In this document: piece by piece, positions 15,182 through 30,362 of the stretch
Layout: the number at the start of each line of letters is the position of its first letter
How positions within the stretch are numbered: the first letter of the stretch is position 1
Source: Podarcis bocagei
Taxonomy: Eukaryota
DNA length: 64,000 nt
Direction: 5' to 3' (one strand)
NCBI GenBank assembly: GCA_964188305.1
Contig: OZ076885.1
Notes under the pieces: model-generated
What the model saw: only the letters and a program-made list of their open reading frames with translations
Told to the model about the DNA's origin: nothing
Database searches by the model: none
Program-made: the position numbers and the translations under genes

Positions 15182-16925
15182 TAGCTACGGGCATCTTTAT
15201 TATTATTTTTGGCAGAGTTGGCTTCTTGGCTCCGAATGGCTTTCTGTGTATGTATCATTTTGGGGGTGCAGATGGGGTCAAACACAATCTCACAGTCAGT
15301 GATGTAGTGCAGATCTGTACTTTGGTTCAAGTCAGCGGGTCACTCTCATGGCATTGGGAGCACTGCTTTTATCCACAGGACACAAAGATCTGAATCTCGG
15401 TGGGGGGGGAGTATTTTGCATAGTAATTTGTCATGCATAGTGATCCAGCATCATAACATTCTACATGCCAGCTAATCCATGCTGAATTGCTTTGCTGATC
15501 AGCAACACTGCTGTGCGACTTAGCCTCCTTATTTTGCGAAACAGCATAATTTTAAGAAATAAGACCTGGATGCCGCAGAACAGAAAATGTGCATTCTGTT
15601 TGCCAAATTCTCTGAAAACATTACTGACAGGATGTCCCAAACAGGAAGTTTCCACAGAGCATTGCAGTTTGATGAATCAACTGTTCTTTGGTATCTGAGA
15701 ACTCATCGTAGAGCAAATGGGTTGTGCAGTACAAGTCTCTGCTTGTTCACTCAGAAGTTAAGTCACTCTCAGTTCAGTAAGGTGTTCTCCCAAGTAAGTG
15801 TGTAAGTAGGCCGAAGCTTGAAAGTGGATCCAGAAGTCATGTCATTTCCCTCAAAAGTAGACTAAATGCTAACCTTTCACTAGCTACAGCTTAAGATGGT
15901 GGTGGATAGAAGTTGTGGAGCACCTACTTTTTTCTGGGATACTTGCAGAAAATGCTGAACCTGTTGGTTCTAGTTAGGGTACTCCTCATGTTCTTAAGCA
16001 ATTGTGCATTATCAGATTATGCCTTAATTTTTAAGAGATCCTGAGCATTCACTCTTGCTTTGTGGGCCAGAAGGGTTCCGATAGAAAGTAGACTAATCAA
16101 TACTGAAGCCATGCCTAAATGGACAGATATGCATGTCTGTGTCTTCTAAAGTGAAACAGGGAGCAGTATGGTAATACTTCAGATGTAAACTGCATTTCTA
16201 GAACTCCCCTGTGACATTCCTTTGGCGTTCTGTCATTTTACTGCAACTGCACGATGCAGTTACCTTAAAATCCACTGTACCAGGCAAGGGGTTACTCTAC
16301 ATCTTTTTCCAATGCACACAGCTGAAGTTTTAAAAAGACATCCATTTTTAATCTGCAGTTTTATAGATGGAATATCTGCTAGCTGTGCCCACAGCACAAG
16401 GGGAAGAGCTGTATGCTCAGAAAACACACATGGGACAGCCCTAGTAAGATGTCAAGCACTGGCACTGCAAGAACAGATCTTCTCTGCCTTGCATCTGGGT
16501 TTTGTCATGCCTTTTAACTTCTATATAGTGTCTTCATCGAAATTTAGCTACTTTATTCCTGTGTGTAGAACAGGCACATGGCACTGGCTGTTTACTCCCC
16601 CAGATAAAGCTAGATTTGCCCATCTGCAAGTGGGCTGAGGCTACTGACTGTGGAGTTGTGTCAAAGCAATGTGGACTAGGCTGGTTGCTTGGAAACCAAA
16701 GCTGAAATGGGGAGGTGGGAACGAGTGCCACAGGACTCCACAAAGCCAACCCTGCCGGTCACGTTCTGATCCGAATTCCCAGCTCTCCGCATGGAAATCT
16801 GTTTGGCCTGTCCTGCAATGCATGATGGGAAGTTTTCCCCTCTCTTACCACCCATGACTGTTTTATTTTATTCTGTGTGCTGCTTCTTACTTTATCCTTT
16901 CAACCTCTTCTCCTTCTTTGCACAG

Positions 16926-17011
16926 ATATTATAGGCACGCTAAGGCCGGATGAGAAGGCCATTATGACCTATGTTTCATGTTACTACCACGCCTTCTCAG
17001 GTGCGCAGAAG
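16926..17011 (+). CDS. ACTN1: ACTN1 alternative (mutually exclusive) exon 8b ([29 protein letters not shown])
   Basis: cag|ATA...AAG|gtgag, 86 nt, same phases as 8a, open frame, mostly third-position differences from 8a. Confidence 0.92.
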
Positions 17012-19671
17012 GTGAGACTTTACTCCTAACAAACCCCCTCCTCTTCCTTCTGTTTCCCGCCCACCAAATTTAGAGGCAGATACCCTAAACCGTTAGAGGT
17101 ATGGAATCCAGTGCTGGCTGTCATATTGAGCTACCTAATATTGACACAACTTCCTTAGCATCTTGGGTGATTAAAAAAACACTCTCTAGCTTTGTTGAGA
17201 ACTCAGTGGATATTTTTTTTCAATGTAGTGGGTCTCTCTGCTTTTCCCCAGACAATATTTCTGGCCTAGAACACCCAAGTTGCAGCCTACTGGTTCAAAT
17301 TAATATTGCAGAATATATTCAATACTTTGCTGACAGATCAGATGACTTCCTATTGGAAAGTGCATTGCTAGTTTCAGCTGGGTGCTGGTTTCCTTAGAGC
17401 GCTCTGTTCTCAGTCATTTTTGGTGGCTGATACCACACTGGTCCACCATTGGCAATGCTAAGCCTGTTGGGAGTGTTTTAAAGACCCAGCTCTAGAGTTG
17501 CTTTTAGCCATCAGTAATAATTACTATAGGGCTAAACAACTGAGGTCAAAACTCCAAATGATGCTCAGTTGCAGAAGTTCTCTGATATTTTCCTCCGTAC
17601 TAATCTTTTGCTCCAGACTGTAATTTCTGCAGCTGGATTTAGTTAAGAACATGTTCAAAAAAAGCTATGCATGATTGAGCATCATGCATAGATTGCTCCC
17701 CATTCATGCAACCTAAAACCAATTGTTCAGCAGGGTTTATTTTATAAGCAAGAGGTCTCCGTTATTATTGGCAGTATACCAACGGTGGTCGTTAATTTCT
17801 GAGCAGCTACTTTTCCAAGTGAAGTCAGAAAATTGCCATTCAGCCTTTATGTGGCCATAAAAACAAAATCCCTCTGCTGCTGCTGCTGCTGCTTTACCAT
17901 CAGTGGAATCTGGTCATGTCTACGTGGATATATATAAATGGCCACTTCTGCTTTGACAGGTGTTCTCTCAATGGGAGACCTCAGAATGTCTTGCTCTGTA
18001 GATGCCAAGCTCATGGAATTCCTGCTCAGTTTACTTATTGTTTCATGGCCAAACTCTAGTGATTTGTGTAAGTTGGGATGGCTGTTCTCTTACATCTTTT
18101 TCACACAGCCAGCCTTTGATGCCACAATTGATTATCACAGTCTCTGCATACACCTTTTAACTTTTTCTCTGCCCCACATTGCTTCTCTTTCCTCCCATCC
18201 ATCTGTGTCCTTCCTCTGCCGGTAGTTCTGTTGCTTTCCCTCCTCGTACCATTTACGGTGTCCCCTTACCCTTACGGCTTTTTTATCTATGTAATCATCT
18301 CTCAGTGGATTTATCCTCCCTTGACATTTTGTACTCGTCTGCAAAAATATTTGGCTTCTGTTGGTTCTTATCACGTCTTAGATGCATTTTGAGGGAAAGC
18401 TTTGATTCAAACACACGTGTGTCATTAGCGTTGGCACTGACATCGTGCCTCTATACCTGAGTAAAAGATGCCAAGGGGAAAACAGACCTTAGTCCAGGCT
18501 CCTTGGGCACACATTGGGCAATTAAACTCTGAAAAGGATAGCTGGTAATGTAACAAGACTCTCCTTTACTGAACCAGATAACCATTCCACAAAGTTTTCT
18601 TTCGTGGACCCTATTCTCCATTCTGCAGTCACATTGCATTCCTAACTTTTTCCTATCCCATATTTGTTGGTAGATTCACAGGGGTTTTCAGGCACAGGTG
18701 TAACTCTAAGCTGAACTGAAATATTGCAAACTAAGTTGAAAATGTTCGTTCTGGGGCCTAATTCAAATGTTACTGACATGCCATGTTAGCTGCTGAAAAA
18801 CTGACTTCACTGTGGCCTGCTCCCTTGGGCCTAACTCTCCATACTGAATGAGATGCAACATAGTGTGAAAGGATATCCACCATTGCTATGGGGCTTCTCT
18901 TTCCTCTCTTCTCCACAAGCAAATTTCTGTTGCTTAAGCAGGCAGACAACATCAGATGTCACCAATATTTACAAGCATCTTCTCTGAAAGTACTAAAGGA
19001 CATATTTTGTAGTTTTTAAAATAGGTAGTGACAGCAGACCTTCTAAATATGTATTTTTTTTAAGAATACATTTAATTCACTAATTACCCTTTCAGCACAA
19101 GCTTATAGAAAATCTGGGACATGAGGGTTTCTGCAGGGAGCCTTCAAACTTAGCTCAAAGGCCATGTTTCCAAGTTTTTTTGCCCTGAAATTGTGTAACA
19201 CTGCTCTGGATTTAATATATATCTATCAGACAGCATAGACTATGGATCTCAGTGTTGTAGTGTTTTAGAATGGGGCCCAAGAGCTTTGTTCAGTGGTGGG
19301 GCCTAGTGCCTGATGCCTTGAAACGGCTGATAAGATACAAATGAGAACATCAGTTGCACAACATCTGGATAGTTGTCGGAAGATGAATATATAATCTCAA
19401 GTTTAGCAGAATCCAAAGTTTTATAATATATATATATATTTAATTGAATGCACTGTCAGCTAGCTAGCCAGTGAGCCCAGCAATGAATTCATGACCTGGA
19501 GGAAAGAGTTAGGGTCCCTTTCCCTTTGTAGCAGTCCAAATCTGGGGCTATTGTAGAGTGATTAGCAAGCATGCATTTCGGCCTTGCCCAGGAGCACAGA
19601 GTGTCTTTTCAAGCTCTGCCCTCTTACTTGACAAGGTGACTTACTGTGATGTCGCTCCATTTCTCATTCAG

Positions 19672-19758
19672 ATTTCTCATTACTGCTACCAGCCCTGAAG
19701 GGGAGGTCACATGATCAACTTTCTGCTTCTTTCATTCTCTTATACTGAGTCTTTAAAG
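19672..19758 (+). pseudogene. Candidate degenerate third copy of exon 8 (pseudo-exon / poison exon)
   Basis: ttctcattcag|ATT...TAAAG|gtacag, 87 nt; central part aligns by eye to exon 8a at about 32/45 nt with three 1-nt gaps; stop codons in both usable phases. Confidence 0.5.
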
Positions 19759-22700
19759 GTACAGGGGCCCCAGCCTGCCATGACGTGTATGTGACTGGCT
19801 GCTTTTCCTTCATATGATTTTGTGTGTGTGCGTGTGTGTCTATGTATTTCTACACATATACTTGCTTTGGTCCATTTGCTTTCTTCCCCCCGCCCTAACT
19901 GCTTCCAACTTTAATAACACTAAACTGCATGAGTGTTTTTATTACTAGATGGTTTTAAATAATGTGTTTTTAATACACTGTTGAAGGAGATTCCTGGAAA
20001 TAATTATAGGCAAGTATTTTGATTAAGCTTCCGTTTGATAGGTAGCATTTCAGGATTCCATCATTAATCTGTGATGAAAAGACAAATGTCCACATTGTTT
20101 TATATACCTATTATATTAAGCCTTTCACTCATTCATTTAGACACCAGGGGAGATAGGGAGCCATATCTATGCTGTTCTTTCTTAATGTTGAGACAAAGAG
20201 GTGAGGCATTATTAGCACTATCTAGCCTTACCTGTTCTGTGGGTAGCATCTGGGATTAACAGTCTAGTCGCCTATAGGAAAATACTGTGGGCATGTATTT
20301 GCTTAAGATACATTTTGGACCCATTAATGAAAGTATACCCCTTTTGTTACTGGACAGTGGAACAAATTACCCAAATAAGTTATAAGTCTCTGTACTTGCA
20401 AGTTTTTAGGGGAAATAGCAAGATTCTTAGTAGAGTGAACTTACCAGTACTTTAATATCAGTACTTTAGGGATGTCAGATAGTGGTGGCATAATACAACC
20501 TTTTCCCTCTGCAATTCACATGTATAATATAATACATTTAATTACAGCACCAGAAGAGAACAATTTATATTGTGAATGTTCAAGTGCTGCCAACTTGAAG
20601 TGGCTAAAAGTGTCCCATTTGTTAAAAGAGGCCTGTTCAGTTTGAAAGCTTGCATAGTCCTTTCAGTGGTGGATAAAAGCAGGTTGTTTCTGCTCCAGAA
20701 TTCTGTGCAAGCCCAAAATCTTAGGATTTCTAGAGACCAGCGAATGGTGCTTCAGTGCCCTTTCTAGTTCTGTGATTTGTCGATACAATAAAATATGCAA
20801 AATGAGAAAGTAAAGTTAATGCACATTCAGTTAATTTTCATAATGTTTTAGAATTCAGCTTACCTTGGCATAAAAATAATTGATTATTATTACTTTAAAC
20901 ACCACACATCCCTAAACAAAAAAAAAAAGGTAAATGTTGTCATTTTGGTTTATCTTCTCTGGAGCCACAAGCTTAGTGTTGAATGTGAGCATCAGCATTG
21001 TAGGAAACTGCTTCGGTGTCCTCGCACTTTTGATATGGAAGTTCCCTGTCTTCCAATGGGATAGCCTGACAGGGGTTTTTAAAAGCTATTTACTTATTTA
21101 TTGTAAATATTTTTATTCTGCTTCATCCCTAAATCTGCCCAAGATAGCTATATCAAGATGCTCAGAATGCTCAACTCTGCCAAAGTAAAGGAATTCTTAG
21201 AATGGTTTTGAAATATACTAAGACTTTCACTACAAGAACTCAGCAAGGAAGCTGTTGGAAAAAAATGTCTCCATGCTGTAGATGTCCTGGGTTGGCAGGT
21301 AGATGGTTTCATCCATCTTGGGGGATTGTGATGAGGCACGTAGAACGAGATGGCTTCTCAGATATGTTGGGCCAGAGCAGCCTTCTCTAACCAGCTGCTC
21401 TCAAAATGCTTTAGACTGCAGCTCCCATAAGCCCAGAGCCAGCATTGTCCAGGGACAAGGAACTTCAGGCCTTGGGGTGAAATACAGGATTCTCCTGAAG
21501 GCACACACCCCTCTTTCCCAAGGCCAGACCACTTCTCTGGTCTTACTTCACGACCTCCTTGAGAGTTTTTGCTTGACTGGGAAATGGTGTTGGATTCTGA
21601 AAATGACTTGTTGGCGTGGCTGGAAGACAGAGAGGAGGGTGTTAAGTGGATGTAGAAACTAAGCCTCCTGTACAAAGGTAAAATTGTTCTACCTAGTTTT
21701 GACTGTCCCTGCCCACTGCTGGCATGTTGCCTACAGAAGGAAACACAGCCCTTGAGATGAAAACAGTTTCCCTCCCCTGTTTTTTGTCCAAATCAAACTG
21801 GAGGACACCACTAGAGGCTGCACTAGAGGGTTGGTTTTGTTTTTGTTTTTGCTAGTTCCAGTGAAGTCTAAAAGGAAAATAGAAAAAGGGTTTCAAAGTT
21901 TTAACAAGCAATGGCTCAGCTTTTTTAAAAAATGAAATTATGTTGCTACCCTCTGGAGATCTGAAAAATAATTTAGTGGATATTGTTGCAGTTCAAGTGA
22001 AAGATACAAGGGACAGTTTTGTAGCCTCTTAGGACTGTTGAGCAGTACAACTTTGGACTTCAGGCTTTATTTCTCTTCCTGCTGCCCCCAGTCTGCTCTT
22101 TCATTTAGGCCCTCTGCCCTCATGTAACTTTGAGGCTGAATTGGCAGGTTGGGATGAGTCTGTAGACTACTCAAACCCAATCCTACCTTTGGCGTTAATT
22201 CCTAAAAGTATACATCAGTTATTCTATTTTTAAAAATCTAGTACAATATATGTAATAATGAGAACTCTTGTAAGATTAAGGGAAGTTCATGTTTCTTCCA
22301 AAACCTAAGAGTGTGAGACGATCACAGCAGAGCTACAGTTTCATATGAGAGCACTTTGATAGCTTTGAACATTTGGATATGTATGGAATAGATGTCAACA
22401 GTAGACCTGTGGCTTCACACTTTCTTCAGGGGCAAGTTAGTTTTCGTGAGAAGTGATTCCTTGTAGCACCTCAAAACAGAGGTGGAAGAATAACTACAAC
22501 CAAAATGGAAAACATTGATCGTTTGAGGTGGAAGAACGTTATTCTACAAGCAAAATGGAAACCATTGATCCATTGAGACAAATGGGGTTAGATTTTTACC
22601 TCATTTAGTTTTATAGGATGGTCTTGGAGAAGGTTTGGATAGGCACTTACTTGTTCCAAGAATAATTTTCCACTTTATGCATTCTATCTCATACCAGACA

Positions 22701-22976
22701 CTGATGTGCATAGATATGGATGTGCACGTAAATGGATATGGGCAAGTGTAGAGGGTAAAAAACCTCTTAGGCATTGCAAGTGTACATTCACATCAAAACT
22801 CCCAGAAGAGAAATGATAGCAAGAGCACTTCAAAATCTTCATAATGTGGAGATAAATTTGGACCAGTAACATTCTCTTAGACACAGAGTGGACTGTGCCT
22901 TTCCTAAAAGCATCAAGAAGCTGAAGGAAACATCTTTGTTAACAATGTATTTTTCTTTCTTTCTAAATTTCGGTAG

Positions 22977-23132
<156 letters not shown>

Positions 23133-24095
23133 TAGAACATCCTTCTGCAACCTGGTTGTCAAAATGCTTTGGATTATAAACTCCCATCAACCCCAGTCAG
23201 GGATGATGGGCACTATGGTCTAAAACATCTGGAGGGCACCAGATTAGGGATGACGGCTATGGGACCTATATATTTCTCAGTTTTGGATCCCAGATATCAA
23301 AGCAACATATATTTTTAAGTATGCAGTTGCAGGAGTCTATAGTCATGTTAAATTCACTCTGGTGTGACCTTCAGGCTCATGTAAGTAATGTTCCTTTAGT
23401 GATCTGTTTGTTTATTTATTTATTATTGGTTTTTTTAAAAAAAAACCAAATAGCATTGCATAATACTGGGGCTAAGAAACTAAACACTAATAGGGGAAAG
23501 AAACAGATGACTTAGGCTATAGGAAAGAGTGCATTAACTGATAGTTAGAAGTTGCTCCTGACATGTGAGTGGAATAGTGGCCTGCAGGTGGTGGCAGCAG
23601 GCATGGGCAAAACAAAAATGTTAAATTAACTCCAATGCTACTGCAGAAATTGTCAAAGGAAACCTATAATCAACCAAATTGTAGTAGTAGTAATACCACC
23701 ACAAAATGAACTTAACTCAAAAGCCACAAGGGCTAGGAATATATGCAGCCCTGGGAAGACTATCCTCAGAATTGGTCCATCACCAAAAATCAGCGGAAAT
23801 AAACTCAGAAGCATGATGTAGAAATACTCATTAGCCCCGTTGAAAATTAAAAGCTGGATTGTGTGCTTATCTTACTTGAGGTTTCATGTCCATAAATATG
23901 CTTGTTAGTGTAAAGTCTAGAGATGCAAAGTGTGAAAACACATACGAACATACAAGTCTATTAAATTAGATTCCTGCCAGTTGCTGAACCTTGCTGTCAA
24001 ATAAAATTACAATCATGAAAGGCAAGATAATCGTAGGACTAAAACCACAAATAACAAAAAATCAAACCCTTGTCCCTGTTAAATGTCAGCACTGA

Positions 24096-24428
<333 letters not shown>

Positions 24429-25898
24429 TAGGTACATGCTGTACGGCTGCTGACACTTTCAAGTGGCCCATGTATCCCATCCTGGTATTTAATGGACTTT
24501 CTCATCACAGCCTGTGGTGCACAGAAATAATTCATGAATGGTATAGCTCTTGCAAGTTGACAGCATGTTCTTGTCATCCAACCGCTATAGAACATGGATG
24601 CAAAATGATTATTATGGGTGTCCCAGGTTGCTGTTGCTCAGGAGCCACTCACCCCTGCATCAACACAGAAACTTTGGGGCATCAAGGACCCTGAAGGCAG
24701 TGGAAATCCTTCCACTTGATCATCTTAGGAAGGGGCCACTCCTTGCATTGATATGTGTCAATAGAGGCAGAAAAGGCCCAGTAGGCTGTGCTTTCTTTCT
24801 GCTGTTCCTGATCTCGTTTCCTTTCTGATATTCTCAGATCCCGAAACTTCTTCAACTCCATACCTCTTTCACCACTGGTCCCAGAGGCAGTAGGAAGTAC
24901 ACTACTTTTCCAGGATTGCACATCTTCATATCATATTGCACATCTTCATATCAGAGAGCTGGCTTTTTTAGCTGGGGACAGGGAGGTAGCGACTAGAAAA
25001 CAGACCTCTTGCATCATCATCATCATCATCATTTTTTATTTGTATGCCGCCTTTCCACAGTTAAAAAACAATGCTCAAGGCAGCTTACAGCACAACAAGA
25101 TTTACATAATTGCAAAAGTCATAAACAATAAATAAACCACATCAAAAAAATACACAACCAAATGGGAAAACAATTTCCACATAAATCTAAAACTAAGAAT
25201 ACAGCATTAATATCAGTTTAAAATGACATAGGTAAAAAATAGCAGCAATTTAAACAAAAACAAAACGGAGCCCTCTCTGCCCAGCAGCGGCAGCAGTCCT
25301 TTATAAAGCCCATCAGGCCCCGCCCTGGGCCAGGTGGTGAGTGGCAGGACTGGGGCCCTCAGGCGCTGAGTAGGGAGTATTGCTGCCATTGGTAGGTGGC
25401 AGATCAGTGCAGCAGCAACTGTCCAGGTCAACTGCTCTCCCCAGATGTTGCTTGCTTAGCTTAAGCCTTGCATCTAGTTCCTACTGTCCCTGGTTCTGGT
25501 GCTGTCTGCCCAGCAGTTTGCCATGCTCTGCAGCCCATCCATGCCCAGGACTGCTGGTGCTCCAGAGCCTTAGCCCTCCTCAATGGATTAGCAGCAGGCT
25601 TCTGCAGACACTTGTTTTCTAAATTGCTTGTGGACCTTCCAGTGGTTTGCATGCTTTTCCTGTTAAAATGTCATTGTGCTCTAGTGTAATGATGCTGGCA
25701 AGCAGATGCCATTCTGTCAAAATTATTTGCCCACTTGAAACTTCCTTTTCACATCTCTTTCTGGCGTGATGCTGACCTTCAGTTAGCACAGGCCATTCGC
25801 CAGCCAGCTTGGGGAAACTATCTGAGGACGTTTCAGAATATTTCCCTTCTTCTGAACTTGCTCATCCTTCCTTGACTGTGTTTGTGCTTCTGCTTTGA

Positions 25899-26105
<207 letters not shown>

Positions 26106-27485
26106 TAACAATAAATCCATGCATCATTAGTATTACGAATTATGATGATGAGCTGTGCCAAGGTAGCCTAAATTCTCATCTTTATTAGTAAATTAGCATG
26201 CTCTTCATACTTTATTTTTGGGGTAGGTAGAAGGGAGAATTGATGATGAATAGATCTCTGGGTAGCTCTGAATTTTAGTTGTTTCTCAATAGCAATGAAT
26301 AAAGCTTAGAAGAGAAACCAGAAATGCGAGAGAGGTAGAACCTGCAAGCTGGAAATCTGCTTAGTTAACACCAAAGAGCAATACTTCTCACCAGAAGCAG
26401 CTTGCTGAGTGGGGGCACAGCCACTATGTAAGCTTCCCTGCAGGAGAATCATTATCGCTTACCAGGAGGAGGGACAGGGAAAGGACTGAGGCAGCCGGAA
26501 GTAGGTGTGGTGCAGATGCATCAGCAGCGCTAACCTGGTGTTTCTGTCAGTGAGTTTGCACTGCATCAACCTTCCTGCCACCTTGGCCCTCTCCTTCCTG
26601 GTAGACAATAGCAACCCATCTGCCAGGAAGCTAGTATAGCACCTCTGACCCACCTGGCAAACCACTTCTTCTCCCCTTGTGGGTTACTGATATTGGGACT
26701 CCTGGAGATCTTGTTTGGCTGATCTCTAGGCTTCTAAGATCCACTTGGCGTTTCAAGCCTGTCTTTCTAGTCATTAGGGAATTGTTTTAATTTTAAAGAA
26801 TCAAAGCTAAGATTTTCAGAGAGCTGTATTTTGTGTCCACTAGCACATACGGTGTTTCTGTTCTGTGCATGTGTTAAATTGTAGAGTGCAATCAATGCCC
26901 AAATGCCTAAAACAGCACCCAATTGCAGACAGATTTTTTTTTAAAATGAACATCCTTGCAAAAATATGGAAGCTTACAATTCTCAGATAATTTATGCAGT
27001 CCCAAAATTGCCTGTTCTTAATCCAAGGCTTTCCCCATGGGTCAAAATAAAGGCAGCCTGCAACAAATCACTGTTAATGGTAAAATTTATTCACGTTAAC
27101 TTAAGGATTGAGCTTGATTAAATTGTTATTAATTATTATTACTTTCTATTTATTAAATTTCCTTGGGAGAGCATTGCAAAAGTGGGGAGCTACCACAAAA
27201 AATGCCCGTTCTCATGTTGCCACCCTCTAGACCTCTCATGGAGGAGGAACACAAAGATTACATGCATTGACTAATATAAATGATGTAGATGATTTTATTG
27301 AAATATGGCATTCTTTTATAAAATACTTTGCCGAGAACCCTGAAGAATGATAATTACCAAAATCACAGATTGGATTTGGGCAAATTTAACTAGATTAATC
27401 CTTCCTCAAGTGAGGAGGAGGGCAAGTTGGAACCCCCCCCCCTTTTGTAATTGTTATATATTTGAAGTTAATGAAACTATTTTAG

Positions 27486-27851
<366 letters not shown>

Positions 27852-28362
27852 TAGACACAAGACTATAGGGAAGCACCCTTATTTGAAAGAAAACATTGAC
27901 AAGGATTAAAGCACAAAAAGAGGGGTCTAGGCTAGTGAGGGGAGAAAGGGACCTCTTGACTATGACGCCTAACAAAATGCAATAGGGGCTTAAACCACTG
28001 ATGTGCATAGATGTCATTGATCCATATTTGAATACCTGCATCTATATCTTCATTTTGCCTTCAAGCTCAAGGCTTACCTAAGCCCGTAAGAGCTGTCATC
28101 TGTGTGCAGAGGCTGTATGCCTCTGAAGATGAGTTGCTAGGTCAAGGTAGAACGGGGGGGGGGGGGGACGGGACAGAGAAACAAGTGTGGGAGTCCACTT
28201 TTAGTATCAGGATACTGAACTAGATGGATCTTTGATCCGATCCAGCCAGGGCTCTATTCTTCATCTTTTAACAGCATTAGCAGGTTATTCAGTTTCAACG
28301 TGTTTGGTGTGTTTTTTTTTAAAAAAAGAATAGATTGCAACTTTTACCAGTGTGTTTGGTAA

Positions 28363-28551
<189 letters not shown>

Positions 28552-29298
28552 TGAGGGCAGAGTGGGGTGGCAGTTTCACTCAGTGAAGCCGACATCGTGG
28601 TCTGCTGCTCATACCAGTCCTGGGCGATATATTGATATACCGCCCAGGCCTACTCCCTGCCCATGTTTTGACATTAGCAGAGGGGGTCCTTCTTCTTGTT
28701 CCCATGGTGAATGTTGCTTTCTGCATGAGGATGCAAGATACGGCCTTCTTGGTAGTGGTGCCAGGCTTATGATGGACCTGCTTTGTTTTATGCCTGGCAC
28801 CACTACCAAGAAGGCCTAGTTTTAGTTTTTATGATGTTTTACGGTTTTATGTTGTTTATGATGTTTTATGGTTTATCCATTGCTTTTAAATACTGTATCA
28901 TAAATCAAATGATTTTTTAAAAATTGATTTTCCTGTTATTTTGATGGTTGGGAACTGCTTTGCGATCAATTCTTTGATTATTTTTTTTAAAAAAGCTTGG
29001 AAAAAAATCTGTAACTTGAAACTGCTTCCTAACTGTGGTTCTGTGGACTGTGGGAAAAGGGAAGGTGTACTGTTTTAGACACCAATAATGTCAAGCCTTT
29101 TGCTTGGATTGCTTTGGGAAGAAGGGTGGCATATAAATTAAGTAAATACATACATAAATTACAGCTTCTTTTTTTTTAAAAAAAGAAAACTAGGAGAAAG
29201 GACTGCGATGAGTAACAAAAGAGGAAATGTCATCAGGACAGGGGGAGTGTGGGAGAAATTCAAGGTGCCTAACTTCTTTATCTGGGTGGGTTTCCTAG

Positions 29299-29595
<297 letters not shown>

Positions 29596-29692
29596 TAAAC
29601 TGGTGGAAAAGATTGGATGGTTCTCTCTGCCTGTTAGATATACAAACTGAAGCAAATGAAGTGAGGAGAAGAGAAAAGGAAACGCAAAAATC

Positions 29693-29818
29693 AAAAGTAG
29701 CAAAGAGTCTTATGGCATCTTAAAGACTAACAAATGTATTATGGCAATAAGCTTTCAAGGACCATAATATACTGTATGTGTTAGTTTTTAAGGTGCCACA
29801 CGATTCTTTGATATTTTT
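29693..29818. mobile_element. Inverted pair of Penelope-like element termini
   Basis: CAAAGAGTCTTATGGCATCTTAAAGACTAACA ... TGTTAGTTTTTAAGGTGCCACACGATTCTTTG. Confidence 0.55.
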
Positions 29819-30226
29819 GCTGGAATAGCACGACTACACCTCTGGAAATGGTTACAAAAACAAACAAAAAAATCCCATACATTCCCATTTCTCATGCCTA
29901 TATCTATTATGTGTCTTGTTCCGAAAATAAACACTTTGTTCTCACCTAACCCTTTTGATTCAGTGATCAGGGCTACATTAATTCCAGGTCTCAACAACTT
30001 AATCTGTTTTCTGCAGCATGGCAAAAAAAAACCTGGCGTATGTTTAGTAATGTGCATGGAAAAGTGCCTCCTGAACACATAAAAAGTACTTTTCTCACCT
30101 CTGGTTAGTCATAGCCATTCCCTGTGCTAAGGATTGAGGAACTGCCCTGTCGTCCTTCAACAACTTTAATAAATAATAAAATAAAAGTAATAAAATAACA
30201 GGCTTTGAAGATCAGCTGATATACTG

Positions 30227-30362
30227 CAGGAGTGGGGAGCCTTTGCCCTCCAGGTGTTGTGAGACTCCAGCTCCCATCAGCCCCAGCCAACATGGCCAGA
30301 GGTCAGGCTTGATGGGAGTTGTAGTCCAACAACATCTTGAGAGCCAGAGTTTGCCATCCCTT
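30227..30362. mobile_element. Degenerate palindromic MITE related to 10132-10267; similar relics near 6283-6393, 23141-23258, 35381-35450, 42172-42311, 48910-49040
   Basis: Shared CCCTCCAG.TGTT...ACT.CA.CTCCCATCA / TGATGGGAGTTGTAGTCC...ACATC arms. Confidence 0.75.

Noticed and set aside
18002-18067. Another exon-8 relic (ACTTATTGTTTCATG resembles 8b)
   Set aside because: Only about 14 nt of similarity, wrong length, flanks do not align
19750-19758. 9-nt microexon TCTTTAAAG (SLK) before gtacag
   Set aside because: Would need a rare GAG acceptor; the 87-nt exon-8-like interpretation explains the donor better
22478-22580. ~50-bp imperfect tandem duplication (also short ones near 4532, 13888, 24915)
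   Set aside because: Ordinary local slippage duplications with no sign of function
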